A stretch of 60,408 bases of DNA, the filler included, from Sphacelaria rigidula (lineage: Eukaryota), in NCBI GenBank assembly GCA_964200075.2. It is 9 parts of 9 records of this genome, joined end to end, with 100 filler letters (N's around TTAATTAATTAA, not from the genome) between each part and the next. Parts side by side here need not be neighbours in the genome. Positions count along the whole stretch, not along the records: positions 20,171 to 26,793 come from CAXNAA020018987.1; positions 26,894 to 33,516 come from CAXNAA020018988.1; positions 33,617 to 40,239 come from CAXNAA020018989.1; 6 more parts are not named here. One strand, given 5' to 3'. The position numbers and the translations under genes were made by a program. The notes beneath the pieces are model-generated. The model saw nothing but the letters and a program-made list of their open reading frames with translations, searched no databases and was not told the DNA's origin. Each line of letters opens with the position of its first letter. Positions within the stretch are counted from its first letter, which is position 1. This document shows positions 25,311-35,456 of this stretch, piece by piece.

Positions 25311-26662
25311 GCGAGGTCAATGGTCTGATGACAATGGCATGCATGATCATGAGTACACCCCCCCCTTCCCCCCCGCGCGCCGTCCCGCCTCCGTTGCTAG
25401 TCTCGGTGAAGACATATATATATATATATATATTGCATGTATGTGATACCACCCGAGCATGGCGTCCGGATGAAACAAGAGCCTAACGAATATGACTTTC
25501 TGCTGTACAAATGTGCGACTAGCTTGTTGTAAACTGGCCAGAGATTTTTGCGCATGTACATACCGCATCACCTTTTATTGTCGCAATCCCCGAAATCATT
25601 TTGGAAACCGGTCAATTCTCCCCACACGCAAGACTATTCCTGTTCTGTCCGTTCTATCGAAGGAGCAGGTCATGTATCGACAGGTCACGACGGGATGTTG
25701 CCGATGATACAGCTATATACCAGTGTCATGAGCACCATCGTTGTCGAGAACACGGAGTCCGAGAGAGAGGATATGTCTCAGGGTGTGCGATCACAACAAC
25801 GCGTTCTTGGATATCCCATATCCACGCAGGCTCAGCGTTTTTGGCAACAATGAAATTTTGTACAACACAAGCGGTATGCGTCTACACTGATGAACAGGCG
25901 TCCCCGGGCGGAACGACGCCTGTCACACGAATGTATTAATGTACACTTTCGGACTGTACGCGACAATACGCCCACTGGAAACAAGCAGAACGGAGGATAG
26001 CAACAACAGCCCGGCGAACGCCGTAGCGAATAAATCACATTGCGCGCGATTTGAGATGCGGGAGAAGTGCTACGTACGTGACCCCATATCCATGCCTGTG
26101 AAGGCGAGCAAATGTGACAACAAACTCAACGAAGTGATGACATTTCTCGCCAAGGCGGTACATGCGCACGAACAACAACCATGCACACACGAGGTCCCAT
26201 ACGCGGTGGTACTAGTTTCCGTCAAAACACTTAGTTCGCACCACACAAAACACTTAGTTCGCACCACACAGCGCTGGCCGGAGACAAAAAGCGCCCGGAA
26301 AGCACCCAGCTCCGCAAACAACACAGAGGACAAACAGGACGCCAAATTACCATTTTGTCCTCGCTTGCCCAGTGCTTTCGCCAGAACAAACACAACGGAC
26401 GCACTGAATGAAAAGGAACAATTAAGAGTCACACCAAGAAAGTAGATAAATCACTTTGTACTCGACGATCACTCCACTTAAACGCCGACCCACGCCAACC
26501 CTTGACCCGATAAAATGTATATAACGCGACACGTCAACAACTGATACCCCGAGACTGAAGTGGACCTTGAAGGGTTCCACGCCGAGGACAACATCTGTTC
26601 CTGAGAGAGCGCACGAACAATGACATCGTTTGCCGAAGTAACTTGACAAACAAATGAAACAC

Positions 26663-26663
26663 A

Positions 26664-26694
<31 letters not shown>

Positions 26695-26776
26695 ACCAAC
26701 AACAACAACAACGACGACACCAACAACAACGACGACACCACCACCACCACTACCACTAACAACCACCACTAACAAC
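26663..26776. repeat. (GAC)n/(AAC)n/(CAC)n microsatellite
   Basis: Seen directly; it explains the poly-Thr, poly-Val and poly-Ser ORFs. Confidence 0.95.
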
Positions 26777-26793
26777 CATGAGGCAGTGTATAA

Positions 26794-26893
26794 NNNNNNN
26801 NNNNNNNNNNNNNNNNNNNNNNNNNNNNNNNNNNNNNTTAATTAATTAANNNNNNNNNNNNNNNNNNNNNNNNNNNNNNNNNNNNNNNNNNNN
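26794..26893. other. Artificial contig spacer
   Basis: 44 N + TTAATTAATTAA + 44 N. Confidence 0.99.
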
Positions 26894-26929
26894 TGAAAAG
26901 CACCATCCTCAACATAGATGATCGGCTGT

Positions 26930-27315
26930 TAGTCAGAGTTGACTGCCTGCCTGGTCTAGTGGAGGAAACCCCTCTTGCCTTAAAATGGAATCGAACTCGG
27001 GTACATTTACACCGAAGAGAGATTTCCTCCACTACACCAAGCAGTCGGCGTTACAACATGCCTGGTCTCGTAGTGGAAATCCTTCTTGCGCAAAAGTGGA
27101 CCCGAGTTCAATTCTCGGTGCGTCCACTCTTTCTCATAGTCGGCGGACGATATTTCTCACCGTCGTGGAACGCCGTTTGAGGCACTGGATCCTGTCAGCT
27201 GCAGCGCTGGCGAGGGGAAACTCAGGGAATCGCGTCGAGGGGGCTCTCGAGCTCGAACACGTATTCTGCGGAAGAGGAGTTTCCACCACTACATCGAATA
27301 GTCAGCGCTGACTAC
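26930..27315. repeat. Cluster of four tRNA-like (Pol III A/B box) units in alternating orientation
   Basis: + TGGTCTAGTGGAGGAAACCCCTCTT (~26952); - TGGTGTAGTGGAGGAAATCTCTCTT...ACCCGAGTTCGATTC (~26988-27039); + TGGTCTCGTAGTGGAAATCCTTCTT...GACCCGAGTTCAATTCTCGGTGCGTCCA (~27063-27126); - GATGTAGTGGTGGAAACTCCTCTT...GTGTTCGAGCTC (~27249-27312). Confidence 0.6.
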
Positions 27316-27449
27316 TTGGTCTCGCGTCCTCATGAAGGCAGGCATGACGCTGCTAGAACGTGCTTGGCAATTGAGTGCACTATCTGTGCGTTTATGATGC
27401 TCAAGTAACAAGTGTAGTCTGCGTTGTGTTTGCACCACATGCATGTCAT

Positions 27450-29650
27450 TCACGACACGAATCTGTGCGATAACGTATGTACACACCGCTGAAGACCCAA
27501 TGTCCCAGAGCTGACAGAGCAAACTAGGGGACCAAATACGTTCTACATAATCGCTTATACAACACTTACAGCCCTTCAGGCGGTCGTGTTGCTGTGAGGT
27601 TAGATAGCAAGCGAATGGCGTTAGCTCGTGCCTTCTAAAAGCCAAGTCTTCTCGGCAGCTACATTACTTGAAAGGGAGAGGGCCATGGGAAGGGCACTGC
27701 TTGTCAATGGCCTTTGAAGCGAGCAACAACGCTGATTCTGCATGTCGAGAAGACCGTCAGTAATGTAAGTTCCCCGCCATAAACAATCCACAGAGTCATC
27801 CTTATCCACCTAACCCCGGCCCGAGGGAGCGGGTGTACAGTCATGCACAGTGAAGGCCTCTTAGTAGTTCACGCTGCTACATTGATTTCGCACGTAGTCA
27901 CGAGCGATACGAACGGAAGTTCGACAAAAACGAGGTCGTACCTCTGCCTTCAACAGGTGGTAGGTGGTAACCGGCAGGTAGCGCGGATCTTCTCGATGCT
28001 GTGCGATATAGTAGTCCGCCACAACCTGCATCAAGCAGACCGAGAGTTTTTTAAGAGAAGACAATAACAAAATACATCAGCATTGTGTTGATCGCCAGAA
28101 CAAGTTCACAAAGGAAGAAGGCATCAGCGACGTTGAAGATTGCAAACTTGAATGCATGACGTACGCGACCCCGGCTGGGAGGTCGAGGCCGCTTGATTAA
28201 CGTAGCCAAAGCATACCGTGTGAAACCAACATCTCGACGATATCGACAACGAACGGCACCAACGTAACCAACCTCTTCACAAATTGAAAGATGCCTCTGT
28301 TGCTGCAAGAACCGGTACTGTGTCGTGCTTAAGTAGAAATGCGATGCCAACTTTGTGTAGTCGGGGGCTAAAATCCACCTTCGAACATCATGACTAAGGT
28401 GCTTGAATTTCATCACACACCCACACATGCCCATCAAGTTACCGACATTCCGTCAAGTCGACCCACCCACGTTACAAACAAGGGCAACATCGACTAAACG
28501 AACCATATCGTACATCAACACTCAAGTATCAGTCGCAATCAATCACGACGGAACACGATCCCTACAAACACCGGAAGCTCCACATCGTAGCATATGTGAT
28601 GTATGACGTTGTTTCTTCAGATCTCCCGACGATTCTCCAAACCGGCAACATCGACGAAATCGCGCACTCACAAGTATGCTTCAATTCTATTAACCGATAA
28701 AAAATCAAACCTTCAAACGGAGGCACGTCGAGGAGACGTGCACACCGATTAAAAAATGAGTAAGGTATGAGTACACACTCCTCAAGTCCGCAAGCATTTC
28801 CGATGGAGCAAGCAAAGTGTCTAACATTGACACTATCGAAAGGGTCTACAGCGCATGGTAGTTGCACAGGGGAAGACAGGAATTTGTTCCCCAGCCTGAA
28901 ATGTTGGCACAGTCCAGGATAGCTACAGAAGTGCAGTCCGGCGTCTCCTCCCCGCGCGTGTAGAAGTACTAGTGCCTATTAATATCAAACCCGCTTTCCC
29001 TCGGCTTCAACCTTAACTTGCCACTGAATTCAGGGCACGCACGGCAGGAGAAACTGAACCACCTACTCATGTGAACCGTGCACCCAACCATGGACACGAA
29101 TCTCAAACGGGAAATCCCCCATAACATCGGATGCTGCCTGCATACCATAACCAAGTTTTCTCGAGCTATATCCTTCGGGCTTGCGCCCCTAAAAAATTGA
29201 AGAAGTAAGCTCAAGGCCTCCGGGGAACCGAATGCATCAAGAGCGGGGCTCCTTCCTGACAAGACAGGTGTTGCCGACGGCGCACAGATCTTCGCCAGGG
29301 GTTAATCACGCGCCAGATTGCATTCACCTTTCCCTGCCATCGCTCCTCAATATACCTTCAATGATTTCACGTATCTCTTTTCAATGGTTAAATCGAAAAC
29401 GGTCCAAAGCAGTGTCAACGTTCGTGGAGGGTACCTTGTGCATCCTTTTTCGACCCGTGGCTGGAGTGAGGTTGTACAGCACCATGTGCACCATCGAGTT
29501 CCTGAACTTGTAGTAGGAATGCCGAGATTTCACGATGAATCTGGCGGTGACCAATGCCTGCACAATGAGTCACGGTTGTGATCAAGGAATCAGCAGCCTT
29601 GTGAAAAGATGACGGGCCGACAGGGAAGTCATACATTGACATCCTGGTAT
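27450..29650 (-). mobile_element. Possible degenerate CxC4/KDZ-type transposon relic
   Basis: In order on the minus strand, across frameshifts: GTVFDLTIEKRYVKSLKVY...C...EDLCAVGNT.LVRKE, then WFSFSCRAC, then CKCC..DY....WSPSLLC......VC.Y. The order resembles HMGXB3/KDZ architecture. Motif-level only. Confidence 0.35.
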
Positions 29651-30825
29651 CAGAATTCGGGGGGTAATTTTTTCGATTTTTGATTTTTGAACGGTTGTCG
29701 CACTTTAACTGACCCCCCAGGGACCCAGTCGTGGTGACATGATAGACGTACCCAAGACAAAACACTATGTCGGATCGTAGTATCAAAACGATGGCAGCGC
29801 ATGTCGAGGGGTCTAATTGAATAGCGTGACGACTTTCCCCAAGTCCAAAATGCCCCAACACCGTGCAACACTCACTATTACTCGTGCGAGCTAAAGATGG
29901 AGTGAGTATACTGAATGCAATCAAATAGTGTTGCGTCATAATGAAACAAGAACGTAATAGTGGACACGGCGATGAATATGAAAAAGACACCCGTATTGTT
30001 TCCAAATTCAAGTGATGTGTCGAACTTGGACAATGCCATAACATATATCTGGACGATGATATTAAACGCCATTGATGGAGCCGTGACTACGTGCCAGTCA
30101 TGAGATATGAACTCGCCTGAATGATAAGCTCCAGCTGTGGTCTGATGTTCCTTGGCAACACGAAGTTCAGCAGACTAACAGAAAACTCGACACCAGCCAC
30201 GGATGCATTCCGAAGCACGGACTGCGATCGATGTCAAGCGAACCCGAGAACAAGTATTGGATCAAAACATGTTTCTTGAAAGATAGTATTCACCTTCCGT
30301 TATGTATGTGTACATTTTGCCTTCACTGCTCCGGAGCAACCCAACTATTACGCGGACCTATTCCCCGAAATCTACGTTTGACGCTCTTAGTTTGAGTCGA
30401 AGCTACATTCCGGATATTTAGGTGTCAGTTGATCCCAAATACTATGCAGCTTGCGTGACACATGGAGCTACTCGAGTTGGCGCTTGCGACCCCGATTCGA
30501 GCTCTACAGCGCAAAATATACCTGGAGTAGCCACTAGTTCCCCCTTGTTCAAGCACGTTTCTCGTCTTTCTTTTGCGGTCTGGGGTGAGGTTGAAGTTAC
30601 AGCTTGGCGATAACAAAAATGTCTTGACCGTGTATCGTTAGGTATAGTCTGGGGAAAATCCGCTTCCAAACATTACTGCTGCTTCGTTCTCTGAAGTAGG
30701 TTTATGGTCGTGCCAGCCCCGCGTACGAGAAGTGTTACTCAGTGCTGGCTCATGCTGCAAAACTGATGTCGTTGAAGCGCCTTTTGAGACGGCTGCTACA
30801 GCGGTCTTGCGCTATTTCGTAAGAC

Positions 30826-31485
30826 CCATAGGGAATATAGATATCCATCTGAGATATCCGCGTCTGCGTGGGATACCGACAGTGAATCTCACATCCATCC
30901 GCGATACCCATTTGGCTATCAGATTTGCCCAGGACATCCATCTGGGATAGCAAAGATAAATGGTACTCCGACCTCAAGTAAGTCTAGAATTCGATGTGTA
31001 ACTTATATGATATGCAATAGTCGTACATTCAGCGTCAAACCTTGAAATGGAGGCGAGGGCGGTCAGCGCAAGGCTCTGAATTTGGGCCAAGAATAGGAAT
31101 TCACGGAAAACTTGGACTGCCAGTAGCTACCTTGAGGTGACGGGTTGGGATTTGGTGAAGGTGTCCCAAGTGGGTACTCATATTTCCATATGATCATCCC
31201 TTGAAGATATTCCACATGGATCTCACGTCCAAGATGGTTCTTACATTCCAGACGAATATTTCAGGATGACATCCTAAATGTACATCCTAGATAAATATCC
31301 GTGCGTCATCCCTGATGCATATCCCAGATAGATATGATACCCCAGTTGGACATCTCAGATGTATCTCCATGTCCCAAGTAGATGTCCCAGACAGATATGA
31401 CATCCCATGTGTAAATTCTTTATGGAGATGGATGGATATCCCAGACGAATATGCTATTCCAAATGGATATGCCCTCCCGGATGGT
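30826..31485. repeat. Inverted arrays of degenerate GATATCCCAGATG-type micro-repeats, probably a non-autonomous DNA transposon
   Basis: CATCTG(A/G)GATA orientation at 30840-30950 and TATCCCAGA(T/C)G orientation at 31170-31480. Confidence 0.6.
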
Positions 31486-31827
31486 GGTTTTGAGAGTGTG
31501 CAGATATTCCCTCTTCTTGTGCTGCGTAGCCACGATAAATACACAGCGGACCTCTTGCAGCAGTGTAAATTTTCGTTGGATTGCCCGGGAAGTGTTGTAC
31601 GCTGAGGGGACTGAGCGATGTTACGTTTTGTTCACCCGCTGCCCAACCAGCAGCACTCGCAATGGAACACAATCAATATCTCCCAGAGTTTTATGTAAAC
31701 ACCACGTTTTGCAATTGCGTGCTCCCCAACAACTGTCTGCCAAAGCAGCGCACGGCTAAGACTTTGCGCCATGTACCTTGCACGCTCCATCTTGAGGCAC
31801 TTGGCGATCGATGTAGTAGACATCTTG

Positions 31828-32411
31828 CAAGTCTGTGTTCTGTAGGGTGCGGGTATGTTCTGTGGGGTTTGAGAATATCTACAGAACTTGAAGAAATACC
31901 GAGTAATGGTATGAAAGTCTTACAGAAATTACAAAACTGTCGGGTACCTGTTTGAAAGTCACACAGAAATTACAGAACTTGTCGGGGAGGGAATGGGAGG
32001 CTCACCGAAAACCGTACCGGCAATCGGGTATTTCTTCAAGAGCATACCCGCGCTCCGGGTACGGGTAAACATTATATACAGAACTCACAGAACTGTCGGG
32101 TAAGGTTATCGGAGGCTTACAGAACTCACCGAAACTGTCGGGTAGGGTATGGAGGTGGCACAGAAAACCGTACCCGCCACCGGGTGTCGTGCCAAGAGCG
32201 TACCCGTGCCCACCGGTAACGATTTGCGAGGCTTACAGAACTCACAGAACTACCGGGTGAGGGTGCGAGTATGAAATTCTTACAGAGACTACAGAACTGT
32301 CAGGTACCGGTATGAAACTCATACAGAAGTCACAGAATTGTCGGGTATGGTAAATACCCGGGAAAATACCTCGGGTACACAGAAAACCGTACCCTACAGA
32401 ACGTAACCTCG
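31828..32411. mobile_element. 584-bp non-autonomous DNA transposon (hAT- or P-like) filled with ACAGAAC/GTCGGGTA repeats
   Basis: Imperfect ~25-bp TIRs CAAGTCTGTGTTCTGTAGGGTGCGG / CCGTACCCTACAGAACGTAACCTCG; flanks ACATCTTG / ACATCTTT (8-bp TSD, 7/8). Confidence 0.75.
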
Positions 32412-32606
32412 ACATCTTTTATCCTTGACGAATGCGGTAGCTTTCCCCCGTCATCATCTTACGCAGGAGATTCCCTCTCCCGTTGGTCATTTTCTGCTGT
32501 AGGATCACCTCATAGAAGCGAGACATGACCCAGTACTGCCATGCGTAAATTGTTCTGCCCTAACGACGTGAGTGCGGAGTAATTACGATAGTTCTCGGGT
32601 TTGCAC

Positions 32607-32805
32607 CTGCTCCTCAACCATCAGCCTCTCGAATCGGCATACGACTAGGATTCCCATGCGCCCCATCATGGCCTCCTCAGGAGAAACAGGCGCCGCTCCC
32701 CCATCCGCGCTCCTCTTGTTGTCCTCGCCGACCTTCCCCGTGGCTATCCTTGCCATGAACACCTCGACACCATGTTCTTGGATGAATCGAACAACTTCTA
32801 TACAC
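32607..32805 (-). CDS. Exon of an sAC/ADCY10-type STAND NTPase protein: (W)CIEVVRFIQEHGVEVFMARIATGKVGEDNKRSADGGAAPVSPEEAMMGRMGILVVCRFERLMVEEQ
   Basis: 199 bp, AAG acceptor, GT donor; first base completes TG|G (Trp) from exon 33310-33392. 'ILVVCRFERL...EQ' fits the 'LI..RLDRL...Q' motif that follows GNP. Not in the ORF track. Confidence 0.65.
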
Positions 32806-32935
32806 CTTTTGCGACGAGGTTCGAAGACACAACGTGGGAAGCGCTATTCACGAGCTGAATCAGACAATTCCACACACCTACGGCGCCAGCTCTTGCAACG
32901 CTTAAATGAGGAATAGCCGAGTGGACAGTACGTGA

Positions 32936-33186
32936 GTCATGCTACGATAGGTTGGGGGAGGGGGGTGTTTAATTTCACCAAAAGAAGAACTCATAGGTAT
33001 GTCAGACGACCTGACACACTCGTGACGTGCTTGTATTGGGATAAAAAGGTTTTCTCATTATGAACGAGCGAAATTTATCAGTAACACGCGCGTTCGAAGA
33101 ATAGTTGCTTCTTTCAGCAACGATTTGAAGTGGGATTTCGTGGAAGAAATGACCCAGAATCTTTCCCTCTCCTATCGTAGCATGAC
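32936..33186. mobile_element. PIF/Harbinger-like (Tourist-type) MITE inside the STAND gene intron
   Basis: Perfect 16-bp TIRs GTCATGCTACGATAGG / CCTATCGTAGCATGAC flanked by a TGA duplication. Confidence 0.85.
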
Positions 33187-33309
33187 TGATGTGCTGGTTG
33201 AGCTACATATCTAGTTATACCCCGAGCTAACTAAAGGGAGCTTTGCGCCCCTCCCCAGTCACTGAACATTCTATTTCCACACAATATGATTGAGACACAC
33301 CGTACATAC

Positions 33310-33392
33310 CAGTAAGGGTTCCCACCGGAGAGGCCGTACACCGTTTTGACCAGATCTTCCGTGATAGTCGTCTTGTCCTGCACCAAGCTGTG
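33310..33392 (-). CDS. Exon of sAC/ADCY10-type STAND NTPase protein: HSLVQDKTTITEDLVKTVYGLSGGNPY(W)
   Basis: TTCTGCAG acceptor (alternative CAG at 33378-33380), GTATGT donor, phase 2; 'L...V...SGGNPYWCIE' is the GxP motif of the STAND helical domain. Confidence 0.65.
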
Positions 33393-33439
33393 CTGCAGAA
33401 GTAATCGCAGCTGTTGGGTACGAACAGGACATAACAACA

Positions 33440-33503
33440 ATTGTGCGAATTGAGGTTTAATTTCGAGATGAGGTTCAAACCTAAAACAGTGCCTTCCCCA
33501 CAC
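33440..33503 (+). repeat. High-copy repeat end at a contig break
   Basis: AATTGTGCGAATTGAGGTTTAATTTCGAGATGAGGTTCAAACCTAAAACAGT, same family as 20018, 20171 and 40187. Confidence 0.8.
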
Positions 33504-33516
33504 TTTCAGCGATGGT

Positions 33517-33616
33517 NNNNNNNNNNNNNNNNNNNNNNNNNNNNNNNNNNNNNNNNNNNNTTAATTAATTAANNNNNNNNNNNNNNNNNNNNNNNNNNNN
33601 NNNNNNNNNNNNNNNN
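33517..33616. other. Artificial contig spacer
   Basis: 44 N + TTAATTAATTAA + 44 N. Confidence 0.99.
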
Positions 33617-34199
33617 CTTGACGCTTCCTTCCGACACTTGCTGGGATGGCCCCCCCCCCAAAAGTGCATGGTTTTTGGAGCCAAAATCTTCAGGTAAATA
33701 TAAGTGGGAAAAGCCGAGCACAACGAGAAGCTGGGAATTCCCACGCTTGGGCTCGTTCTCGCCAATGTTGCCAAAATGAGGCGCTTCATACAGCCTGAAC
33801 CCAAACATCAGGTGCTGTATGGCCATTTTTTTCGTGACACTTTTGGGCTGTTTTTTCGGGGGGGCTATCGTAGAAAGTGTCTTCCGTCTCGTATCTGTCC
33901 CGGGGTGACCGATTGTCACGGTTTGTTCTGGGACGGCTCGTGGAGCGGTAAGTCACGCGGGACAAGTTGCAGCGAGGGGAAGTAGAACGAGAGCGCGAGG
34001 GGCGGAAGGAGCTACGGCGAGAACTACGGGAGTTTCGTGAATCGGAACGGCTGCGACGACGACGATGAAAGCGAGAGCGGGAGCGAGAGTCCCGGGAATC
34101 GGAACGACTGCGGCGTGCCGAGGAGAACCTAGAGTCTGAGCGGCGTCTATCGTTCTGCCTTTCTCGTCCCTCACCACGTTCAGCGCCCCTGCCAGACAT
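33617..34199 (-). CDS. Possible 5' end of a gene or TE ORF with an Arg/Ser-rich N-terminus; apparent frameshift near 33830
   Basis: True ATG after an A-rich leader (AAACAAAAAATG); RS-rich for ~100 aa; an overlapping frame stays open to the contig end (MAIQHLMFGFRLYEAPHFG...). Confidence 0.35.
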
Positions 34200-35149
34200 T
34201 TTTGTTTTTCACGTGTAATGTGCTCTACTTATCACCTAGTACAGCATGAAACAGTACAGTATTAAACATCGGTGGGGCGCGTGTGCTTCGTCAATTCCCA
34301 TGGTCACAATGAGATGTGATCCAAGACAACAGAGATGCGCAGCGACACAGTTTTTGTTTGCCCCATATCAGTATGAGGCAAGAAAACAAAAACCGATGAC
34401 AACAACGGCCGAGAGAGGGAAAAGGACGCAGACAGGGCAGAAGGGGGAGGAACGGAGGCATCGCATGGATTTGTACATGTTTTCAATGACAGTCAGCGCG
34501 GTCAGCGTTCAAGGGCTGATGATCTTTTGCAAGGACTCACAACCTTGTTATGACGCTTTTCCATTTTGAAAATGCTCAGTCGAGGAGGATCGGTCCTAAA
34601 AAGGTTAGTCATCAAAGGTGCTGTCGTTAATCGAAGCAACCGCAGTAATGAACAGTACGAGCAGCAGCGGGTTCAAAACGAATTTCTAAATTCCCGGCCA
34701 ACCCATACACACAACTAGTAACATGTGAGATCCCGACCAAAAGGGATGATGGTGACGCGATGATGCAGGGAAAGCCACTTGAGTGTGCGGGTAGGCCACA
34801 ACGGCGAACAACGTCTCATCACCACGAAGAGGGGCATTTCAGGGGAACAGTTACGTGGGGACCTCGGTCGTAACAATTGAGGCACATATGGTAATGACAA
34901 TCGTTCATCGGTAAAAGCTCATGCGGTCAAAGTGGGGCACACAACAAGCAGCAGGGTAGGAAACTACTCGTGACTTCCAACATGCAGGTGTAAGAGGCAT
35001 TACGCGCACATGAGGGCTAAACAGGCAGTGCGATAGCCAGTAGGGTACAACTACCCATGGGCGGTAAAGGCAAAAATCGCAACGCCTCAGGCGGGACAGT
35101 AACCGCAGAGCAGCAAAACAAAATTGCATTGTTTTTAGGCGGTACAGTA

Positions 35150-35456
35150 ACCACAACAGTAACCGCAAAGCAGGGTAACTGACAGTACAGCGGAAACAGC
35201 CGCAGCTACTGCAACAGAAAAGTTGATAGTAGCAACAAAAGCGACAGCGACACAGCAGCAGCAACAGCAGCAACCGCAGCGGCCGTAACAACAGCAAACG
35301 ATAACAGGTAGAAGCAACGCCACCACCACCAACAACAACAGCCGATAACAAACGCGACATACGGTAACTGCATCACAATAACAGAGACAAAGGACAACAA
35401 CGAAAACTGCAACAGACGAACAACGAACAGCCACAACAACGGATAACAACAACGCT
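35150..35456. repeat. Degenerate CAA/CAG low-complexity repeat
   Basis: Seen directly; it produces the poly-Cys, poly-Leu and poly-Ala ORFs. Confidence 0.9.

Noticed and set aside
26422..26845. Poly-Thr/Val/Ser ORFs as mucin-like proteins
   Set aside because: Translations of a trinucleotide microsatellite.
27063..27126. Functional tRNA gene
   Set aside because: T-arm is good but acceptor and anticodon stems cannot be paired convincingly; kept only as tRNA-like.
31870..32410. ACAGAAC repeats as a CRISPR array
   Set aside because: Repeats are short, degenerate and irregularly spaced, there are no cas genes, and they sit inside a TIR/TSD-bounded element.
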